Positions 27,198 to 32,000 of a DNA stretch of 32,000 nt are shown in pieces (position 1 is the stretch's first letter; every line of letters begins with the position of its first letter). The position numbers and the translations under genes were made by a program. The notes under the pieces are model-generated. The model saw only the letters and a program-made list of their open reading frames with translations, searched no databases and was not told the DNA's origin. This stretch comes from Candidatus Saccharimonadota bacterium (GTDB lineage: Bacteria > Patescibacteriota > Gracilibacteria > BD1-5 > UBA2023): assembly GCA_963706795.1 (NCBI GenBank), contig OY970170.1:390001-422000 (forward strand), in the 5' to 3' direction.

Positions 27198-27788
27198 ATG
27201 ATCGGACAAAAAATAATTGTCGAAGCCTATAAGCACGTCATCTCGCTTTTGCGCAAGGTCAATCATTTTCCATATCACAACATCGCGCATACGCTCGATG
27301 TTTATAGACGAGCAAAAGAGCTCGGAATTGCCGAGAACATAAACGAAGATGACATGGCAGATCTGCTCATCAGTGCCCTCTTCCACGACGTAGGTTTTGT
27401 CGTCGAATACAACAAAAATGAAATTATCGGAGCCCGCATGGCACGCGAGTGGCTCGAGTCAAAAGGACATCCTGAAGTACGTATCAAAAAAGTTGAAGGT
27501 ATCATCATGGCCACGGTACTTTTTGCCAAACCCAATACGCTTCTTGAGGGCATTATCCAAGATGCTGATCTCGACAATCTCGGTCGCAATGACGGCATTA
27601 GCAAGACTGAGCGTTACGCCGTGGAGCTGAGTGAACAGACTCCTGATTTCGTGCTCCACAACTATCTCACCTTTACTGAGCGACTCTACCGAGAACACAC
27701 CTATAACACAGAAACCGCCAAAAAAGAACGCACTCAAAAACAACTCAACAATCTCGAAGAGCTTCGCACAAAATATGATCTATCCTAG
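27198..27788 (+). CDS. HD-domain metal-dependent phosphohydrolase
   Basis: Intact 196-aa ORF with YHNIAHTLDV, LFHDVGF and DADLDNLG (the H...HD...D pattern). Confidence 0.8.
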   Translation: MIGQKIIVEAYKHVISLLRKVNHFPYHNIAHTLDVYRRAKELGIAENINEDDMADLLISALFHDVGFVVEYNKNEIIGARMAREWLESKGHPEVRIKKVEGIIMATVLFAKPNTLLEGIIQDADLDNLGRNDGISKTERYAVELSEQTPDFVLHNYLTFTERLYREHTYNTETAKKERTQKQLNNLEELRTKYDLS

Positions 27789-27841
27789 GTTTCTGAGGTC
27801 TTTGCACGAAAATCACACACATCAATTTTACAGTCAAAACA

Positions 27842-27865
27842 AGAGGTCTATACTGACCTCTTTTA
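27842..27865 (+). terminator. candidate terminator after the HD gene
   Basis: AGAGGTC-TATACT-GACCTCT-TTT. Confidence 0.5.
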
Positions 27866-27873
27866 AAAAATTC

Positions 27874-29853
27874 ATGAAAAAAAGCCTCCTCGTTCTCACT
27901 TGATGTTTAATGCTTATTTGATCATCAGATCAGTTATTTGCAGCATCAGATTTTGGCTATCCGTTCAATCAGATTTCCAAAACTACCTGCAAGCGTCAGG
28001 CCTGGAGCGAGCTGGGAGAAGACTGTAAAATGCCACTTCCACGGATCGTGTGAGCCGATTACGCAAAATACAAAAATGATACTACCTATCGTCGCATCTA
28101 TAGCGTGCTTTGGGGTGCAACCTATGACTATGGTTGGGATAGTGGATTTGGAAGTCATCAGGGAGTCGATATTGCGACTTCGGAATGAACTCCTGTCATC
28201 GCCATCGGAGAATGAACGGTCGTCACTGCAGGCAATGTTAGTGGTTGGGGAAATACCGTAACGATCAAACATACGCTCGTAGACAAAACTGTCATCTACT
28301 CAAACTACTCTCACCTCTCGAAAATCGACATCAAAAAAGGTGATATTGTCACCAAATGACAAACCATCGGAGGCGTTGGAAATACCGGAAATTCGTATGG
28401 AAATCATCTTCATTTTCAGATCGATATTACTCCCCAGAGTCATCCATACTACTATTTTACGTGCGCCAAATGAGTAGACGAACTCAAGGCTGTAAATAAG
28501 GGACTATGTCGCGATGATCTCACAAAAAATACGATCGATCCGATTGTATTCCTCGAGACGGGCAATCTTGCGACCGTGCCACCAACACAAGGAACCATCG
28601 ATCAAATCAAAGAGAAGCCACCGGTCATCATCAATCCAAATAGCATCGAATCTCGACAAAAAATCATCGACGACGAAGCGGCAGAATACCTCCAAAGATT
28701 TACCATCGACATAGCCATCGCACCGGATGGACTCAATCTCGAAGCCGGTAAAAGCATCACCACAAATCTCTCTGTCCGAGATCCAAACGGCAAGGCGCCA
28801 AAAGGTAATCTCCCCGAAGCCGGACTCAAGATCAGCTTTGATAAGAAGGCGCTCACAGTCTTCCCTGAGAGCATTATTGCACTCGATGGTGGAACTCGCG
28901 ATTTTACCATCATCGCGAACAAAACTGGAACCTACGATATTACCTTTTCACTCGGCAAAACCGTCCTCGGAAAACGTACAATATATGTAGTCAAAAAGGG
29001 TGAAAAACTCGAACCCGAGAGCGTTGAGATCCGTGTCGCAAAGACGCTGAATCTTGCCTCCGAATCCAACCTCTTCATAGTTCCAAAAACCAAGTTTGGC
29101 TCATATTTGACCGATACACCATATCAAACTCGATACAAGATCAATATCCTCAAAGGTAAGGCAAAATTCTGCAATCTCTCAAAGAGTAATTCTGAAGTCT
29201 GTAATCCTCTGTTAGTAGCAGAACAGATCGAATTTGGATATAATGACAGCTTCCGCGGGTATTTTAAAGGCAAGATTGTTGCGCTCGATTCAGAGCCCAT
29301 AGTCTTTACCGTAACAAAGCTCGGGCAAAAAACTGAGACAAAGAGTCGCACGATCACCGTCAAGCCTCCAACTGGACTCGATAAGCGTAATATTTACTAC
29401 GACGCAATCCTCTCTGGACTCAAGCGCAATTGGTGGAAAACAATGGGTGGCTATGCGTACGAAGCTAAAGAGATGACTACCTCAGATACCGTAGAGATGC
29501 TCAAGCGTGTACTCTCATATCGTGTTCTTAAAGCCGGTGGTGACAAGCTCAAACGAGCTGGTGCTATGAATCTCTTAGGGGTCTTCATCAATCAAACAAA
29601 AAATCTCCCTGATCAAAAATGGACGCGCGGAAGCTTCTCAAAACTCCTACTCCAGAGTGTGGGGACTGGGCTCATTAAAAATAAGACGAGCGTCTTGATG
29701 GACGAGCAGTGAGACTACAAAGACGTCATTACGACACTTCGAATGAAATATAGCTTTGCATGGCTCGATCAATTTGCGGCTCGATATTTCCAGCCAGACA
29801 AAAATATCACTGTAGGAGAAGCGCTGTATATGGTTGATGTGGTGAATAGGTAA
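27874..29853 (+). CDS. M23/LytM-family metallopeptidase lipoprotein with a long C-terminal extension (659 aa)
   Basis: ATG 27874 gives MKKSLLVLT[G]CLMLI, where the lipobox L-T-G-C has its Gly encoded by TGA 27901. The catalytic half is missing from the track: GSHQGVDIATSE[G]TPVIAIGE[G]TVV...NHLHFQID. It joins track ORF 28576..29712 in frame and reads through TGA 29710 to TAA 29851-29853. There are 8 TGA in total. Confidence 0.85.
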
Positions 29854-29855
29854 TC

Positions 29856-30040
29856 AAGAATAAAATCATCGAGCATTTTTACATAGACATGAATGCGACG
29901 AAAACGAGTGAATTATTGAGGCATAGTAGAAAGGCGATTAATCGGTATTTCTGATTCTTCAAGAGGATGATCTACATTGATCGAGTGAATGTTTCAGTGA
30001 GAAGATTGATTGAGAAGTAGAAGTGGATGAGAGTTTTTTG
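29856..30040 (+). pseudogene. relic of an IS1595 (ISXO2-like) family transposase, truncated and frameshifted
   Basis: Frame 0 reads KIIEHFYIDMNATKTSELLRHSRKAINRYF[G]FFKRMIY, which looks like the HTH region. A different frame reads FSEKID[G]EVEVDESFF, the start of the DDE domain. A stop follows soon after and no rest of the transposase is present. Confidence 0.5.
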
Positions 30041-30053
30041 ACGTATCTTTTTT

Positions 30054-30083
30054 TTGACTTAAACTTCGTTCAAATCCTAAAAT
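30054..30083 (+). promoter_or_regulatory. candidate promoter (possible leaderless start at ATG 30091)
   Basis: TTGACT (30054-30059), an 18-nt spacer, then TAAAAT (30078-30083). ATG 30091 lies 7 nt downstream and is in frame with the 30235 ORF. Confidence 0.3.
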
Positions 30084-30234
30084 CACCCGCATGAACTGAA
30101 CCAATCACTCTCGGTCTCGCAACGGAAAAATTGATTTAAATCAACTCCCCAAGGAGGAAGACCTCGCAAGAGCCGTTTTTGAGGCCGAATTAAAAGCCGA
30201 GTCATGTGCTGGATGAAGTCATGGGACGCAGATA

Positions 30235-30729
30235 ATGTCAGGTAAAAGTCTAAATGCTCGGATATCTGCCTATAAAGATGCTTTCGCGAGCGGAGAGATA
30301 CAAAAAACCTACCAAAATTTGGTCGCTATTGTTCAAAATCTTAGAACTGATTTTTTCAAAACGTATATAGGTGAGTACTCAGTAACAAGCGTACTGCATG
30401 GCTATATAGATTTCACTTATTTTTATCTACAAAATGACTACCTCAAAAAGCGCAAGCTTAAGCTAGCTATCGTACTTAATCACCATCAAGCACACTTTGA
30501 GCTTTGGCTACTTGGACAAACAAAGGATGTTCAGATTAGTTACTGGGAAAAATTGAAAGGTGTGAAGTGGGTAAACGAAAATACAATGCCAGAATGGTCA
30601 ATTTTCGAAATAGTAATGCTTACCGAGCTTGATTTTGACGATCCTAAAAAGCTAACAGAATCTCTTCATGGTTCATTTAGAGTTCTTTCAAAAGATATTT
30701 TTGACACACTCGCAGCATATGAGCGTTAG
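30235..30729 (+). CDS. hypothetical protein (164 aa; up to 212 aa if it starts at 30091)
   Basis: Intact track ORF (MSGKSLNARISAYKDAFASGEIQKTYQNL...FELWLLGQTKDVQISYWEKL). The frame is also open upstream to ATG 30091, through 2 TGA. Confidence 0.65.
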   Translation: MSGKSLNARISAYKDAFASGEIQKTYQNLVAIVQNLRTDFFKTYIGEYSVTSVLHGYIDFTYFYLQNDYLKKRKLKLAIVLNHHQAHFELWLLGQTKDVQISYWEKLKGVKWVNENTMPEWSIFEIVMLTELDFDDPKKLTESLHGSFRVLSKDIFDTLAAYER

Positions 30730-30860
30730 AGCAAAACAGGTGGCTTAGATTGATTCGTTATTTCTACCTGTAGAAATAGTCTTCTGGTCTAGAGTCTTGC
30801 AAAATACTTGCCCCACATCCAGATAGATGAACGAATAGGATAGAGGATTTTAGATTTCGA

Positions 30861-30891
30861 AAGAAAAAAGGCCTAATACAGGCCTTTTTTC
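30861..30891 (-). terminator. intrinsic terminator overlapping the uvrB stop codon
   Basis: The minus strand reads AAAAAAGGCCT-GTATT-AGGCCTTTTTT. The TAG (30873-30875) sits in the loop/stem. Confidence 0.65.
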
Positions 30892-32000
30892 TTTCTGCGG
30901 AGTTCAATGAGCACATCTCGGATTTCACCCGCTCGTTCAAAGTCGAGATTGGAAGCGGCGACGTCCATTTCGAGTTCGAATCGTTTGATTTGAGTCTCGA
31001 GTTTTTCGCCGGTTGTTTCGGCAAGATCATCGGTTTTTTTACCTTTGAGGCTGAGCTCTTTGATTGACGAGATGATTGTTGTAGGAGTAATACCATGCTC
31101 GAGATTGTAGCTATGCTGGATTTCACGACGTCGATTTGTTTCACCAATAGCATCTACCATCGCAGCAGAGAGCTTCTTTTGATGAGAATACATCACTACC
31201 TTTCCATTTGAGTTACGCGCGGCACGACCGACGATCTGTAGAAGAGCTGAGGTGGATCGCAAAAATCCGATCTTTTCGGCATCCAAAATCGCAATGAACG
31301 AAACTTCTGGTAGGTCGAGACCTTCTCGTAGAAGATTAACTCCAACGATTACTTCGATTTTTCCGAGACGCAGATCACGAAGGATTTCGAGGCGTTCGAT
31401 GGTTTCGATTTCGGAGTGGAGATAGCGGACTTTGATCCCGTTGCCTGCTAGATATTCTGCAAGTTCTTCACTCGATTTTTTGGTGAGCGTGGTAATAAGC
31501 GCACGTTCATCTCTCGCTCGTGTCTCGACAAGATGTTGCATGATAGAGTCAACCATGTGCTCCATGTCCTCAATCTCAATGATCGGATCAAGAAGTCCCG
31601 TCGGTCGGATAATCTGTTCAAATATCCCACATTCCTGGGCGGCTTCGTATTTGGATGGAGTTGCAGAAACAAAGACAGCCTGGCCGATTTTTTGCTCAAA
31701 TTCTGGGAATTGTAGAGGGCGATTTTCGAGTGCAGACGGGAGACGGAATCCATATTCGACGAGATTCATCTTGCGAGAACGGTCACCTGCATACATTCCG
31801 CCAATCTGAGGAATCGTAATATGCGACTCATCGATAAAAGTGAGATAGTCCTTTGGGAAGAAATCTAAAAGCGTACTTGGCGTCATACCAGGACTTCGTC
31901 TGGAGAGATACATCGAGTAGTTCTCGACCCCATTTACATATCCAACTTCTTGGAGCATTTCGAGATCATATTCGGTCTTCATTTTGATGCGCTCAGCTTC
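30873..32000 (-). CDS. uvrB: excinuclease ABC subunit B (C-terminal ~375 aa; N-terminus beyond the window)
   Basis: Helicase C-terminal motifs (LREGLDLPEVSFIAILDAEKIGFLRS, QIVGRAARN) and the C-terminal UVR domain (LEMDVAASNLDFERAGEIRDVLIEL). The frame is open to the window edge. Confidence 0.93.
   Translation of the reverse strand, partial: EAERIKMKTEYDLEMLQEVGYVNGVENYSMYLSRRSPGMTPSTLLDFFPKDYLTFIDESHITIPQIGGMYAGDRSRKMNLVEYGFRLPSALENRPLQFPEFEQKIGQAVFVSATPSKYEAAQECGIFEQIIRPTGLLDPIIEIEDMEHMVDSIMQHLVETRARDERALITTLTKKSSEELAEYLAGNGIKVRYLHSEIETIERLEILRDLRLGKIEVIVGVNLLREGLDLPEVSFIAILDAEKIGFLRSTSALLQIVGRAARNSNGKVVMYSHQKKLSAAMVDAIGETNRRREIQHSYNLEHGITPTTIISSIKELSLKGKKTDDLAETTGEKLETQIKRFELEMDVAASNLDFERAGEIRDVLIELRRKKKGLY

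Noticed and set aside
30758-30779. Hairpin TATTTCTA-CCTG-TAGAAATA after the 30235 gene as a terminator or IS inverted repeat
   Set aside because: It is an AT-only 8-bp stem with no U-run, and I found no matching copy near the transposase relic. It is not enough to call.
1-32000. Reading the many split ORFs (ftsH, lysS, galU, tlyA, corC, ruvC and others) as pseudogenes in a decaying genome
   Set aside because: Every interruption is an in-frame TGA with no frameshift. TAA/TAG never interrupt. The TGA sites align with conserved Gly. Essential single-copy genes would all be broken at once.
1-32000. TGA = Trp (code 4, Mycoplasma-like) instead of Gly
   Set aside because: The TGA positions sit at invariant glycines (GxxGxGK context of FtsH, GGKWK of HxlR, GDDEAM of LysRS, VLDVGCG upstream Gly, M23 GTPV). 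Trp would be incompatible there, and TGG is used at expected Trp positions.
1-32000. CRISPR arrays, a DGR (template/variable repeat plus reverse transcriptase), toxin-antitoxin pairs or known defence islands
   Set aside because: I saw no regularly spaced direct repeats, no RT or Cas motifs, and no recognisable TA or defence-domain signatures in any frame under code 25.

Overview
The window looks like a small-genome CPR/Patescibacteria-type bacterium that reads UGA as glycine (NCBI translation table 25, the Gracilibacteria / SR1-Absconditabacteria code). The supplied standard-code ORF track therefore splits or misses many genes. Every break I checked is an in-frame TGA, and where a family motif is recognisable it falls on a conserved Gly: FtsH, TlyA, GalU, RuvC, LysRS, HxlR, the M23 peptidase and a SAM methyltransferase. 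Re-stitching by hand across TGA gives about 31 protein genes, 3 tRNAs, one IS1595-like transposase relic and a very regular set of A-run/hairpin/T-run bidirectional terminators. Housekeeping genes: tlyA, galU, ftsH, der, corC-type, ruvC, alaS (ends after the editing domain), fusA (stand-alone), lysS, uvrB (partial). tRNAs: tRNA-Arg(CCU), initiator tRNA-fMet(CAU) and a second CAU tRNA. Three genes are absent from or badly broken in the ORF track: a 716-aa LTD surface protein with 22 in-frame TGA (2534..4684), a 247-aa protein (24683..25426), and the catalytic half of a 659-aa M23 lipoprotein (27874..29853). An orphan block of uncharacterised genes lies at 11081..14162 next to tRNA-Arg. I found no CRISPR array, reverse transcriptase or recognisable defence system. 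All calls come from manual translation and motif recognition, with no database search.
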